Notes under the pieces: generated by a model
Database searches by the model: none
The model's input: only the letters and a program-made list of their open reading frames with translations
Told to the model about the DNA's origin: nothing
In this document: piece after piece, positions 7,854 to 16,060 of the stretch
Layout: each line of letters begins with the position of its first letter
How positions within the stretch are numbered: the first letter of the stretch is position 1
Translations under genes and position numbers: made by a program
Origin: Candidatus Iainarchaeum sp.
Lineage (GTDB): Archaea; Iainarchaeota; Iainarchaeia; Iainarchaeales; VGJJ01
Reading direction: 5' to 3'
DNA length: 32,000 nucleotides
Assembly: GCA_030688545.1 (NCBI GenBank)
Contig: JAUYHT010000006.1
Coordinates: 210,001 to 242,000 of the forward strand

Positions 7854-8744
7854 CTACTTGTAACTGAGAAGCTTTTGGTGAGTATCCAGTATGTGATTCA
7901 CGGAATGTTGAAGTTCCTTTGCTGATGCTACAAATCGTTTCTGCTCAATAGTATTAGGCGAAAAATGTGCAATTCTAAGCAATTTTCCTTTTTTTGCGAT
8001 GAATGGAAGGGAAATAGTGAGGTCTTTGACACCTAAGAATGGTTTGTACAGATGGCCTGAGACTTGCACAGTCTGTTCCTTTGCATTTGTCAATCGTTCA
8101 AAAAAATCTCGAAAGGCTAAACCAGCGGCTTTGTGAGGAATTCCATGCGCACGGATAAAAGCCAACAATTCGAAATCCGTTTTGTGCGCTAATTCATCAT
8201 ATTTCTTTTCATTCGTTGAGTTGATGATTGGAATCGCCTTTCCATGAGTTCCAATACAGAAAACTTTTTTTCCAAGCACCTTTTCGTATCTCTTGGCATC
8301 CAATTCCATTCCAAAACCGAGAATATCATTACGGTTTAGTTTCAAACGCAAATAATTGGTAATTTCATCTACGGGATTGGTGACAACAATAATGCGGGTC
8401 TTTGAAGAAATCTTCTTGAGATAACGAAGAAGGTCGGCCACTGCTCCAAGATTAAATTTCAATTCATCCTGCCGAACTTCATACGTCGAACTCCTACTTA
8501 TCATACTTTCAGTACGTGCACTATCGCTAATCCCAGAAAGTGAAAGGATAATGTAATCAACTTTTTGGAGAGCTGAAAGATTCTCTAAAACGCGCACCTT
8601 CGCGCTATCCAAATCAGCTGCTAATCCTTTTGCACTTTTGGATGTACGACTGTAGAACAAAAGCTCCTTCGTCTCTTTGAGCTCAACTAAATTTTCAGCA
8701 ATAGCTCGGCCTGTTCGTCCACAGCCGATTAGTAGGATATGCAT
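7854..8744 (-). CDS. L-lactate/malate dehydrogenase family 2-hydroxyacid dehydrogenase (divergent)
   Basis: Rossmann motif MHILLIGCGRTGRAIA, then IIVVTNPVDEITN, GFGMELDAKR and the catalytic-His context IGTHGKAIP (GEHG equivalent). Confidence 0.65.
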   Translation of the reverse strand: MHILLIGCGRTGRAIAENLVELKETKELLFYSRTSKSAKGLAADLDSAKVRVLENLSALQKVDYIILSLSGISDSARTESMISRSSTYEVRQDELKFNLGAVADLLRYLKKISSKTRIIVVTNPVDEITNYLRLKLNRNDILGFGMELDAKRYEKVLGKKVFCIGTHGKAIPIINSTNEKKYDELAHKTDFELLAFIRAHGIPHKAAGLAFRDFFERLTNAKEQTVQVSGHLYKPFLGVKDLTISLPFIAKKGKLLRIAHFSPNTIEQKRFVASAKELQHSVNHILDTHQKLLSYK

Positions 8745-8785
8745 ATCAGAAAGATTCCAATTCGACCCGACTTATAAGCAATAGT

Positions 8786-8870
8786 GTCCGGTCGTCGGGA
8801 CAAGCCTGAAGCGTCAGAGAAGAAAGTATAGTCCCGCCTCCCGGACTCGCAATCGGATCTTCGGTTTTCA
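8786..8870 (-). repeat. ICR copy B (distal part)
   Basis: L arm gtccggtcgtcgggac (8786-8801), spacer, core agtcccgcctcccggact (8830-8847), then cgcaatcggatcttcgg. It starts within about 10 nt of the ATPase stop at 8881. Confidence 0.85.
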
Positions 8871-8880
8871 TTCATTTATA

Positions 8881-10158
8881 TTATTCTTCTAACAGCCATT
8901 TCCACACAGGCTTAACGTTTATTCTTTTACCGTCTTTCTGAATATTTTCTTCCTGATCAAACGTAAGGATGAGGCCTTTGCTTGCTTTTATTTCGCCCAT
9001 TGCCTCCAAAAGACCATTAATTTCCCGATCTTTAGTCGTTGGGGTAAGAGCATAGGTTACTTGTACTGCTTCCAATTCGTTTGACCGCTTGAGAATGAAA
9101 TCACATTCCTTCTTTCCCTTAAAATAAAATGTCTCCATATCTCGTCGCTTCAATTCCTGCATAACAATGGCTTCGAGTCGTTTTCCATTATCTGGATTGA
9201 ATGCAGGCGAGAGAAACGTTTGAAAAGAGTTATCCGATAAGTAAACCTTTTTGGGATTAAGCGAACGCACTTTAGCAGAATATGAGAATTTGGATGAAGA
9301 GAAGATAAAAAAGGCGTCTTCTAGGTGATTTAGATAAAGGGAAATTGTTTTTTTGCTAACTTCCGTTCCTCTCCCCTTAAGCATTTTTTCGAAAGAGGTT
9401 ATGGAAAAAAGAGACGAATTATTGTCAAGTATGTGATTCATAAGCACCTGCATAATATCTACACTCTTGACATTGTAACGTTCAACAATGTCCTTGTAAA
9501 AAGTGGTTTCATAATAGGTTTTTACCAGATCTTTTTTTTCATTCAATTCTTTTTGGGCCAAAAGAGGAAAACCGCCATAAGACATATATTCGTCAAACAA
9601 TCTAAGGAGTAATCCTTTTTTTTCGCTAAATGGAATTGTTTTATCATAGCTAAATCCTTTTAACTGTAAAAATTCTTTGAACGAAAAAGGAAGCAGGAGA
9701 ACACTCGTATATCGACCACGAAGTTCGGTAGCCACTTCCTTACTGAGAAGCTTAGAGGATGATCCGCTTAGTATAATGAAATATTTACCTGTATTATGAA
9801 GCCTTCGAATAAATTTGCTCCAAATAGGCGCTTCCTGAATCTCATCAAAAAAGAGATAATGTGGTTCCACCCCAGTCACCTCTCGGTGAGCCACAAATAA
9901 TTCATCGAGGTGGCTGGAAGAAATTCCAGCCAAACGATTATCTTCAAAATCCAAGAAGAGAATCTCATTTCGATTAACTTTTTCGAGCAATTGCTTAATC
10001 GTCAAAAACATGATGGACGTTTTACCCACCCTCCGCGGACCGATAACTGCCTGGATGCTTTCCTTACTTGGTTTTAGATGTACACTTCTCTGGATCAATT
10101 CGGGCAAGGGTTTTTCCAGCCATTCCACGATCATTCGTTTGAAAATATCCCGATACAT
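8881..10158 (-). CDS. AAA+ ATPase, DUF4143-containing (COG1373-type)
   Basis: Walker A GPRRVGKTS, Walker B-like LLFLDFEDN / YLFFDEIQ, and the C-terminal restriction-endonuclease-like region typical of this family. Confidence 0.7.
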   Translation of the reverse strand: MYRDIFKRMIVEWLEKPLPELIQRSVHLKPSKESIQAVIGPRRVGKTSIMFLTIKQLLEKVNRNEILFLDFEDNRLAGISSSHLDELFVAHREVTGVEPHYLFFDEIQEAPIWSKFIRRLHNTGKYFIILSGSSSKLLSKEVATELRGRYTSVLLLPFSFKEFLQLKGFSYDKTIPFSEKKGLLLRLFDEYMSYGGFPLLAQKELNEKKDLVKTYYETTFYKDIVERYNVKSVDIMQVLMNHILDNNSSLFSITSFEKMLKGRGTEVSKKTISLYLNHLEDAFFIFSSSKFSYSAKVRSLNPKKVYLSDNSFQTFLSPAFNPDNGKRLEAIVMQELKRRDMETFYFKGKKECDFILKRSNELEAVQVTYALTPTTKDREINGLLEAMGEIKASKGLILTFDQEENIQKDGKRINVKPVWKWLLEE

Positions 10159-10189
10159 GCTAAATTATACCCAAGATCACCTTATATAT

Positions 10190-10243
10190 GTTTCTTCATA
10201 GAAACAGTTTGACGGTTAATTGTTTCTTATAAGAAACAATTAA
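10190..10243. promoter_or_regulatory. Two adjacent palindromic operator-like sites sharing GTTTCTT/AAGAAAC half-sites
   Basis: Perfect 28-bp palindrome ttaattgtttcttataagaaacaattaa (10216-10243), plus gtttcttcatagaaac (10190-10205). They lie 32-60 nt upstream of the ATPase start at 10158 and downstream of the 88-aa gene. Confidence 0.5.
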
Positions 10244-10286
10244 ATATCACCCCCACCCCCCCAGCCAATCAAGGAGATGCATTCTT

Positions 10287-10553
10287 TCATACTTCCACGC
10301 TTTCTTGAATCAGCTTTTTCATCCTATCTTTAGGAGTATAAACCCAGATAATGCCTTTAGGAGTGTCTAAAACCATAAAGCGTTTCTCAAAATACTCAAT
10401 AATCACGTCCAAGGTTGGGCGCATTATTTTGTTACCGGCTCGTTTCAATAGCTCATAGCGAGAAAGAGGCTCTTTGGCTTCTTTGAGTATTTCTTCGACT
10501 AAAAGAACGGTTTTGAGGGTGGGGTAGTGTAGGACCTGCATAAACGTCACCAA
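10287..10553 (-). CDS. Small hypothetical protein, possibly winged-helix DNA-binding
   Basis: 88-aa ORF. The helix-rich N-terminus and beta-hairpin C-terminus (GIIWVYTP) suggest wHTH. No firm motif. Confidence 0.4.
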   Translation of the reverse strand: MVTFMQVLHYPTLKTVLLVEEILKEAKEPLSRYELLKRAGNKIMRPTLDVIIEYFEKRFMVLDTPKGIIWVYTPKDRMKKLIQESVEV

Positions 10554-10593
10554 CTACATTAATATAGACATATAACGCATATAAAGATATATT

Positions 10594-10896
10594 CTATTTG
10601 GCGTTCTTTCCGCTTGCTTTAGATAATCCCCAATACTTTATTTGACCAATGAAAAAACTGATGGTAAAAAGCACGTAAATGATAACAAAACTAAATTCAG
10701 TGAAAAAGAACCCAATATCAGCTAAATCACCGGTTGTAGATACTCTGAGTAAAAATCCTAACGAAAATAGAACCATCGGGAAAACAAAAATAGAAAGGAA
10801 ATGAAGACCCGTCTTAAAACGAGAAAGAATAGAGTAAACAAAACCAATACTCAAAAGAAGCACAAACGGAATAAAAAAAATATAAATATTGGACAT
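10594..10896 (-). CDS. Small membrane protein (3 TM), hypothetical
   Basis: 100 aa with three hydrophobic helices (IYIFFIPFVLLLSIGFVYSIL, FLSIFVFPMVLFSLGFLL, FFFTEFSFVIIYVLFTISFFIG). Confidence 0.5.
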   Translation of the reverse strand: MSNIYIFFIPFVLLLSIGFVYSILSRFKTGLHFLSIFVFPMVLFSLGFLLRVSTTGDLADIGFFFTEFSFVIIYVLFTISFFIGQIKYWGLSKASGKNAK

Positions 10897-10938
10897 ACGA
10901 TACGTTGTTGCAATACCTATTTAATGGTTACACAATCT

Positions 10939-11040
10939 ACCCGGGGGAAGACCAAAGGTTGAGTAAGTGATGGATTAGTCCCGGCTTCCCGGATTTACTT
11001 CTAAGAAACTTCCGACTTTTACCCGAGGTCTCGCTTAAAA
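10939..11040 (-). repeat. ICR copy B' (diverged, 1-nt insertion in core)
   Basis: accaaaggttgagtaagtgatggatt-agtcccggcttcccggat (core, 10977-10994), then ...cgaggtctcgcttaaaag. Confidence 0.7.
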
Positions 11041-11120
11041 GATCACACACCATAGCAAAACACCCTCCTGCGATAGTTAGTGAAGATTATCAATATAAGG
11101 AAGCAGATTGTCGGAGATAT

Positions 11121-11960
11121 ATGAAACAGATATTGCTAACAAATGACGACGGTTATCAGTCCGTTGGTTTCTACCCCTTGTTAAAGGAATTAGAAAAGAG
11201 TTTTTCTGTTACTTCGGTTGCACCGGAAAGCGAAAGGAGTTGGATAGGAAAATCGATTACAGCCAAAAAAGAATTAAAGGTCAAAAAAATAAACCTGAAT
11301 GGAATCCCAATTTATGTTTGTAGTGGAACTCCTGCCGATTGCTCTCAATTGGGCATATATGAGTTTTCAAAAAAGCGACCGGATTTAGTGGTGTCCGGCA
11401 TCAATATCGGTGCAAATGTTGGACATGGTAGAATACTGAGTTCGGGCACAATTGGTGCAGCAATGGAAGCGGCTATTGATGAAGTAAAGGCACTCGCCTC
11501 CTCACTTCAACTTCCCGATGATATACGCAAGTCAGCGGATTTCTTTCACCCCAAAAATTATTCCATGTTTGAGAATGCAGCAAAAATAACAGCTAAAATT
11601 GCAAAAATTGTGGTTCAATACCCATTTGAGAAAGGTGTGGACATTCTTTCTATCAACATACCATTTGAGGCCACCGTTGAGAATAAAATCCAGATTACGA
11701 GGCCACATCGAGAACCCTATCACCGACTTTTTGCGAAAAAAAACGAAGGATATAGTAAGAAATCAATCGGTGATTCGTCTGCTCGCGGCAAAATAGATTT
11801 CACATACAAAATCGGCACAGACAGTTATGCACTTTCTAAGAATAAAATTTCAATCACCCCTATTAGCTTGAACCTTTCACGCGAAGAATCGTTCAAAAAA
11901 CTAAATCAGCTTCTCAAGAAGAACTGGTCGTCGGGACAAGAGCAGAGCTTGAGTAGGTGA
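11121..11960 (+). CDS. surE: 5'/3'-nucleotidase SurE
   Basis: N-terminal hallmark MKQILLTNDDGYQSVG, plus SGINIGAN and SGTIGAAMEA motifs. The last 12 or so codons (NWSSGQEQSLSR*) are read through the antisense of ICR copy C. Confidence 0.8.
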   Translation: MKQILLTNDDGYQSVGFYPLLKELEKSFSVTSVAPESERSWIGKSITAKKELKVKKINLNGIPIYVCSGTPADCSQLGIYEFSKKRPDLVVSGINIGANVGHGRILSSGTIGAAMEAAIDEVKALASSLQLPDDIRKSADFFHPKNYSMFENAAKITAKIAKIVVQYPFEKGVDILSINIPFEATVENKIQITRPHREPYHRLFAKKNEGYSKKSIGDSSARGKIDFTYKIGTDSYALSKNKISITPISLNLSREESFKKLNQLLKKNWSSGQEQSLSR

Positions 11961-12092
11961 ATGGATTAGTCCCGCCTCCCGGACTCGAAATCGGGAAATC
12001 TCTGGTCTTTTGGAAGATAGGCTCGGCTGAAGCCTCGCGAAGAGTGTAGTTGGTGTACTTTGGGATGTTCTCTGAACTCATCTCAGCCTCCC
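11914..12092 (-). repeat. ICR copy C (near full length; carries 55-aa micro-ORF 11914-12081)
   Basis: Minus strand reads GGGAGGCTGAG-ATG, then MSSENIPKYTNYTLREASAEPIFQKTRDFPISSPGGGTNPFTYSSSALVPTTSSS*. Core is at 11968-11985. Confidence 0.85.
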
Positions 12093-12093
12093 T

Positions 12094-12369
12094 TCAATAA
12101 ATGTTGTCGTGATGATCATAGTCCGCAAAAAGAACAAACTTTTTCGCTTTGTCATATTGAAAAGTTAAAACAAAGTGTTTGTCGATATGAACACGTTTGA
12201 AATCTTTCATCGTGTGGCGCAGGTTCTTGTAGTGTTCAATGGTATATTCATCCGAGTTCACAATTTGTTTAATTTTCTTGTTAATGATTAAAACTTTCTT
12301 GGGATCTCGCTTGGCTAAATTCCGTAGAATATCCTTCAGTTTGTCAGATAGGTCGTATTCCAGTGGCAT
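12094..12369 (-). CDS. Type II toxin, RelE/ParE superfamily (YafQ/RelE-like mRNA interferase)
   Basis: 91 aa. The pattern ...KKIKQIVNSDEYTIEHYKNLRHTMKDFKRVHIDKHFVLTFQYDKAKKFVLFADYDHHDNIY is the typical RelE-fold C-terminus. It sits 6 nt downstream of a small antitoxin-like ORF. Confidence 0.65.
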   Translation of the reverse strand: MPLEYDLSDKLKDILRNLAKRDPKKVLIINKKIKQIVNSDEYTIEHYKNLRHTMKDFKRVHIDKHFVLTFQYDKAKKFVLFADYDHHDNIY

Positions 12370-12375
12370 AAGAAA

Positions 12376-12636
12376 TCACAAGCCGCAGAGTTCATCTAGC
12401 TCTTTATCCGACATTCTGCGATTGGGGTGCTTACGATAATGCTCCTCCGTAATCTTCAAAATTTTTTTAGCATAGGCTTCGCTGGCTTCTTGTTCTACAA
12501 ACTCATCTCCAAACATCTCGGCAAACTTATCCAAAGCCTCGCCTTTATCGCGCAAACCATACTTTTCCTTAACTACCCCCAAGACTCGGGAAGTATAGCC
12601 CTTCACTTTCGTATTAATGGCAACCGAATCACCCAT
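12376..12636 (-). CDS. Putative antitoxin (DUF2683-like)
   Basis: 86 aa. VAINTKVKGYTSRVLGVVKEKYGLRDKGEALDKFAEMF resembles the archaeal DUF2683/RHH-type small proteins. Position is immediately upstream of the RelE-like toxin. Confidence 0.5.
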   Translation of the reverse strand: MGDSVAINTKVKGYTSRVLGVVKEKYGLRDKGEALDKFAEMFGDEFVEQEASEAYAKKILKITEEHYRKHPNRRMSDKELDELCGL

Positions 12637-12687
12637 TTAATATCACCTAATATAGAATTAGTTGAACTAATTAATAAGGCTTTGGAC

Positions 12688-12800
12688 GCGAACCGCCAAA
12701 AAGAGCTCTATTCCGAAAATCTTCCGTTTCTATCCGAAACCTCAATTACGGGTTCGGTGTGGTTAGTGCACTTAGTGATATTCAATTGATTCATCTTTCC
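12688..12800 (-). repeat. ICR copy D (internally deleted; 28-aa micro-ORF 12708-12794)
   Basis: GGAAAG-ATG, then MNQLNITKCTNHTEPVIEVSDRNGRFSE*. This is joined directly to the distal TTTTTGGCGGTT motif (plus strand aaccgccaaaaa, 12691-12702). The arm/spacer segment is missing. Confidence 0.65.
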
Positions 12801-12848
12801 AATGTAGGAAATCCATACTTTTAATAATACTCCAAGGGATATAGGACT

Positions 12849-13382
12849 ATGAATAGCGGTAGAAAACGTCCAGGACCAAGGAGCAATGGCAGAAGGGGAT
12901 TGTTCCCAAAACCATTATCTTATTACCTCGGGAAGAAAAGAGGCAAGCAAGCTCGTAACCCAGCGGAAGACTTCATCGCTGGAAGATCCTCTCATCTAAT
13001 TGCTCAGGATTTCGAAATGGCCCTTCTTAATAGACAAATTAATAGGCTAAATGCTAAACGTCGAGCCAAAATAATAACCCCTAAAGAAAGGGAAACTCTT
13101 TCATTTGCGCTTATTGAAAGAGCTACTCTCCAACTTCCAATCAGCAATTTACGGTGGGCTTTAGAAACAGCATTGGCATTCCATTCAGCAATTTGGAACC
13201 ACCAAAATAATACACCTATTGGACAATACACTCCTTTATCATATAGCAAAGAGCATTGGACTGAACAATTAAATTTAATGATTCAATATTACCCACACTT
13301 CCGAAAATATGGTATAGGAAAAAAATATTTTGATTCATTCGTAAGACTGACACGCCAATTAATTGACACGCCAATTGATTGA
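12849..13382 (+). CDS. Hypothetical protein with highly basic N-terminus
   Basis: 177-aa ORF opposite in strand to most of the array. No recognisable motif. Confidence 0.4.
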   Translation: MNSGRKRPGPRSNGRRGLFPKPLSYYLGKKRGKQARNPAEDFIAGRSSHLIAQDFEMALLNRQINRLNAKRRAKIITPKERETLSFALIERATLQLPISNLRWALETALAFHSAIWNHQNNTPIGQYTPLSYSKEHWTEQLNLMIQYYPHFRKYGIGKKYFDSFVRLTRQLIDTPID

Positions 13383-13427
13383 ATGAAAGCATTGAAGTAA
13401 TTTTTTATTCCACCATAAGCATATCTG

Positions 13428-13544
13428 TCTTCGGGGCGATACCGAAGGTTGAGTATGTGAAATAGGATTAGTCCCGCATCCAGGATTCTATTCCGGGAAT
13501 CTCTCGTTTTTTCTTGATTGCTCGCTTCTAAGCTCGCCAACCAT
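13428..13544 (-). repeat. ICR copy E
   Basis: ccgaaggttgagtatgtgaaataggatt-agtcccgcatccaggatt (core, 13470-13487), then ...gggaatctctcg...ctcgcttctaagctcgcc. The ATG at 13544-13542 directly follows the Nudix TAA. The micro-ORF is truncated (MVGELRSEQSRKNERFPE*). Confidence 0.8.
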
Positions 13545-14096
13545 TTATTTCATCCACTTGTAAATTTTTTTGCGCTCCCGATAGAGCTTGAGAATGCCTG
13601 TTGCAATAAAGTCGTTTTTTATTTTTCCAGATAGAACCATACGATAGGCTGTTAATAATGACTTTGGATGGACTGAAATGTCCTCATCTTCATCCTTCTC
13701 AAGGGGGTCGTATTCCAAATCGGTCGCCAGAAAGGCCGCCAGTTTCCATTCTAAAATTCCTAATCTGTCTTTTTCAATAAAAAGTTTCATTTTCTTTGCA
13801 CGATAACCCGTTTCTTCGCGCAGTTCACGCTGAGCTGCTATATGAATATTTCTTTCCTTATCCACCCGTCCGCCCGGGACTCGCCAATCGTACTCGCTTG
13901 TTTTTTGGCGATACTCACGGGTAATCAAAACACGCTTTTGCTTATCGAAAGCAAAAACCACTACACTAGGGGGACGAACAGCGCGTTCAAAAATTGTTTT
14001 TTTACCACTTGGAAAAACCGCAGAAGCCTGTTCCACCCGGAAAAACTTGCCTTTGAATACGGACTTGTATTTTCCAACTTTTACTCGACCAACCAT
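13545..14096 (-). CDS. Nudix hydrolase (ADP-ribose pyrophosphatase-like)
   Basis: Nudix box GGRVDKERNIHIAAQRELREETGY (GX5EX7REUXEEXGU). The N-terminal beta region is typical of the ADPR pyrophosphatase subfamily. Confidence 0.8.
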   Translation of the reverse strand: MVGRVKVGKYKSVFKGKFFRVEQASAVFPSGKKTIFERAVRPPSVVVFAFDKQKRVLITREYRQKTSEYDWRVPGGRVDKERNIHIAAQRELREETGYRAKKMKLFIEKDRLGILEWKLAAFLATDLEYDPLEKDEDEDISVHPKSLLTAYRMVLSGKIKNDFIATGILKLYRERKKIYKWMK

Positions 14097-14128
14097 ACCA
14101 CTAACTCCTTCAAAATCTGGTTAATAAA

Positions 14129-14280
14129 TCCGGTCGTCGGGACGAGTCGTAAGTGTCACAGAAGTAGAAATTAGTCCAGCCTCCCGGTAATGCACCAGGG
14201 GATCTTTCTTTGAATACAGGCTCGGTTGCTGCCTCGCTGACGTTGGTGCAGTAGTGATGATCGACCAACGTATCTCATCC
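14129..14280 (-). repeat. ICR copy F (near full length)
   Basis: L arm tccggtcgtcgggac (14129-14143), core agtccagcctcccggtaa (14173-14190), then gaatacaggctcggttgctgcctcgc and ggtgcagtagtgatg. The conserved frame has only a TTG start and reads ...VDHHYCTNVSEAATEPVFKERSPGALPGGWTN... Confidence 0.85.
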
Positions 14281-14293
14281 AATCCAATATTTA

Positions 14294-14764
14294 CTATTGG
14301 AAACGATAAATTATTCCTCTATTGCCAAGTTGAGCCTTCTGGAAATTAGGGTCCTCGCACACAACAAAATCGGTCTTTTTGTCTGCAAAATTCGTCTTTC
14401 GATAAAGCTCTGCTGGAACTAATCGATTAATATCCCAAACGAGTATTACTCTATCAGCTTTACCCTTGTAACGTTGACCCCTACCCAATGAAAGGATTTT
14501 ATTAAATCCATTTTTCGGCAGCGGAACTCGTGAGAAAAATCGTTCTCTTTTCCAACCACTTACACTGCTGACCCCACTCTTTGTCAACCTATTTTTGTTC
14601 TGTCCAAGTGCACGCCGAAGTTTAGCCAGACGACCTTCAGCAGCGGATTTTTGTCCCGCTGTCATTTTAGCACTAGGACGACTCATTCGCAATTGAAAGA
14701 CTCTCAAATCGTTTTGACGTCTCCTTATATTACGCGAAGCTGATGATATTCTCGACGTAGGCAT
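14294..14764 (-). CDS. Hypothetical protein, Arg/Lys-rich N-terminal half
   Basis: 156-aa ORF filling one inter-repeat unit. No recognisable motif. Confidence 0.45.
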   Translation of the reverse strand: MPTSRISSASRNIRRRQNDLRVFQLRMSRPSAKMTAGQKSAAEGRLAKLRRALGQNKNRLTKSGVSSVSGWKRERFFSRVPLPKNGFNKILSLGRGQRYKGKADRVILVWDINRLVPAELYRKTNFADKKTDFVVCEDPNFQKAQLGNRGIIYRFQ

Positions 14765-14822
14765 GCAAGTAAAGAAAATTTAGTAGTTTAAAAAGATTTC
14801 CTGAATTCTAACGAAAAATGTA

Positions 14823-14926
14823 GTCCACCAGGCGGTCCGGCCTGAAGTGTGAGTGTTTGAGATATTAGTCCCGCCTCCCGGACTTGCAATCGGAGAATCT
14901 CTGATTTTCTGGAATAAAGGTTCGAT
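14823..14926 (-). repeat. ICR copy G (5' part replaced by HicA gene end)
   Basis: L-arm variant gtccaccaggcggtcc, spacer cctgaagtgtgagtgtttgagatatt, core agtcccgcctcccggact (14867-14884), then tgcaatcggagaatctctgattttctggaataaaggttcg. Confidence 0.85.
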
Positions 14927-14934
14927 AGGAAGAC

Positions 14935-15141
14935 CTATTTGAAATCCTCTTCCGTCAACCCAGTTGCCTCAATAATCGATTTCAACGTCTTCGGGACAAT
15001 GACTTTATGATTTGGTACCGTAACGGGCGGTCGCTCTGGGTGCTGAAGATGAATATGGCTGCCTTTTTGGTTTTTGATAGAGTAGCCTTTCTTCAAGAGA
15101 ATACGCAAAACTTCTTTGCCAGAAACAACAGGAAGTTTCAT
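14935..15141 (-). CDS. hicA: HicA family toxin (YcfA-like mRNA interferase)
   Basis: 68 aa with GKEVLRILLKKGYSIKNQKGSHIHLQHP...VTVPNH. The KGSH motif and overall HicA pattern are present. It overlaps the upstream HicB by 4 nt. Confidence 0.8.
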   Translation of the reverse strand: MKLPVVSGKEVLRILLKKGYSIKNQKGSHIHLQHPERPPVTVPNHKVIVPKTLKSIIEATGLTEEDFK

Positions 15142-15353
15142 ACGGTAACAGAAACTTTCGTGACTTCCTTGTCACTATGGAGAGGGACACCCGATTCCGC
15201 CAATGACTCCAAATGCAACGCTATGGCCTCTTTGATATTTTCCAGCGCTCCCTCACGAGTTTCTCCTTGACTAATACATCCGGGCAACGCTGGAACGGTC
15301 ACGGTATACCAGCCCGATTCACTGTCTTTTTCCAAATAAACTTTCCAATCCAT
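15138..15353 (-). CDS. hicB: HicB/UPF0150 family antitoxin
   Basis: 71 aa. YTVTVPALPGCISQGETREGALENIKEAIALHLESL is the classic UPF0150/HicB N-terminal domain. Confidence 0.8.
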   Translation of the reverse strand: MDWKVYLEKDSESGWYTVTVPALPGCISQGETREGALENIKEAIALHLESLAESGVPLHSDKEVTKVSVTV

Positions 15354-15395
15354 ATCAATACCCCCCTATTAGTCAATAAAAATCAATGCCTAACA

Positions 15396-15485
15396 AACCG
15401 CCAAATACGCCTTTATGCGTCCGGAGGGATGATGGCGAAGGTTGAGTCTATGAACAATGAAAGTCCCGCCTCTCTCGATGCCACA
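15396..15485 (-). repeat. ICR copy H (distal part, decayed core)
   Basis: aaaccgccaaat...gtccggagggat...gcgaaggttgagtctatgaacaatga-agtcccgcctctctcgat (core, 15462-15479). It begins 7 nt from the NMNAT stop. Confidence 0.75.
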
Positions 15486-15491
15486 GGCAGG

Positions 15492-16001
15492 TTATCCCCT
15501 AATTCCATATGCTTCTTTGATCCGTTTTATTCCATTAAATTTTTTGATTAGTCTTGCAACCGATTTTCCAGTAAATTGCTCCCAGGATTGGTTAAAAGCG
15601 ATGGCGTCCCTAATCTTAGTGGAGGAAATGGTCCCCGCCCGTTTTATTCGTTTAATTCTTACCTTTTTTCGAATGAGTTTGATAACCGTTTCTTTATCAG
15701 TATACAATACATCAAATTGGCCGCAGCACTCAAATAGATTTTGAATACCCACAGAATATGATTTTCCATCCATAACTACGACAACTTTCACTTTATTTGA
15801 ATCGATTCCCTCTTCTTTCAAATAGGCTTGCATCATTTTTCTTTTTTCAGTTCCATCAAATGGGTTCCTTTTTGTATTTCTAAATTCAGCACTACCAACT
15901 ACTACAAATAATTTATCTACTTCTTTCAAAATTCCCTTTATGACACGCAAATGCCCTTTATGCGGAGGATTAAATCGACCCCAATAAACCCCAATCATCA
16001 C
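15492..16001 (-). CDS. Nicotinamide-nucleotide adenylyltransferase (archaeal-type NMNAT)
   Basis: GVYWGRFNPPHKGHL (the (H/T)xGH nucleotidyltransferase motif in archaeal NMNAT context) and the C-terminal ISSTKIRD (ISSTxxR) motif. 169 aa. Confidence 0.8.
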   Translation of the reverse strand: MMIGVYWGRFNPPHKGHLRVIKGILKEVDKLFVVVGSAEFRNTKRNPFDGTEKRKMMQAYLKEEGIDSNKVKVVVVMDGKSYSVGIQNLFECCGQFDVLYTDKETVIKLIRKKVRIKRIKRAGTISSTKIRDAIAFNQSWEQFTGKSVARLIKKFNGIKRIKEAYGIRG

Positions 16002-16060
16002 TCAATCATTTATCCGAAATTAATAAACGATGCTGAAAAGTATCTGCAAATTCGAACACT

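Noticed and set aside
14129-14280. C/D-box sRNA inside the repeat (TGATGA at about 14265, CTGA in several spacers)
   Set aside because: The box-like motifs are about 100 nt apart, in the wrong order for a C...D arrangement on either strand, and not conserved among copies.
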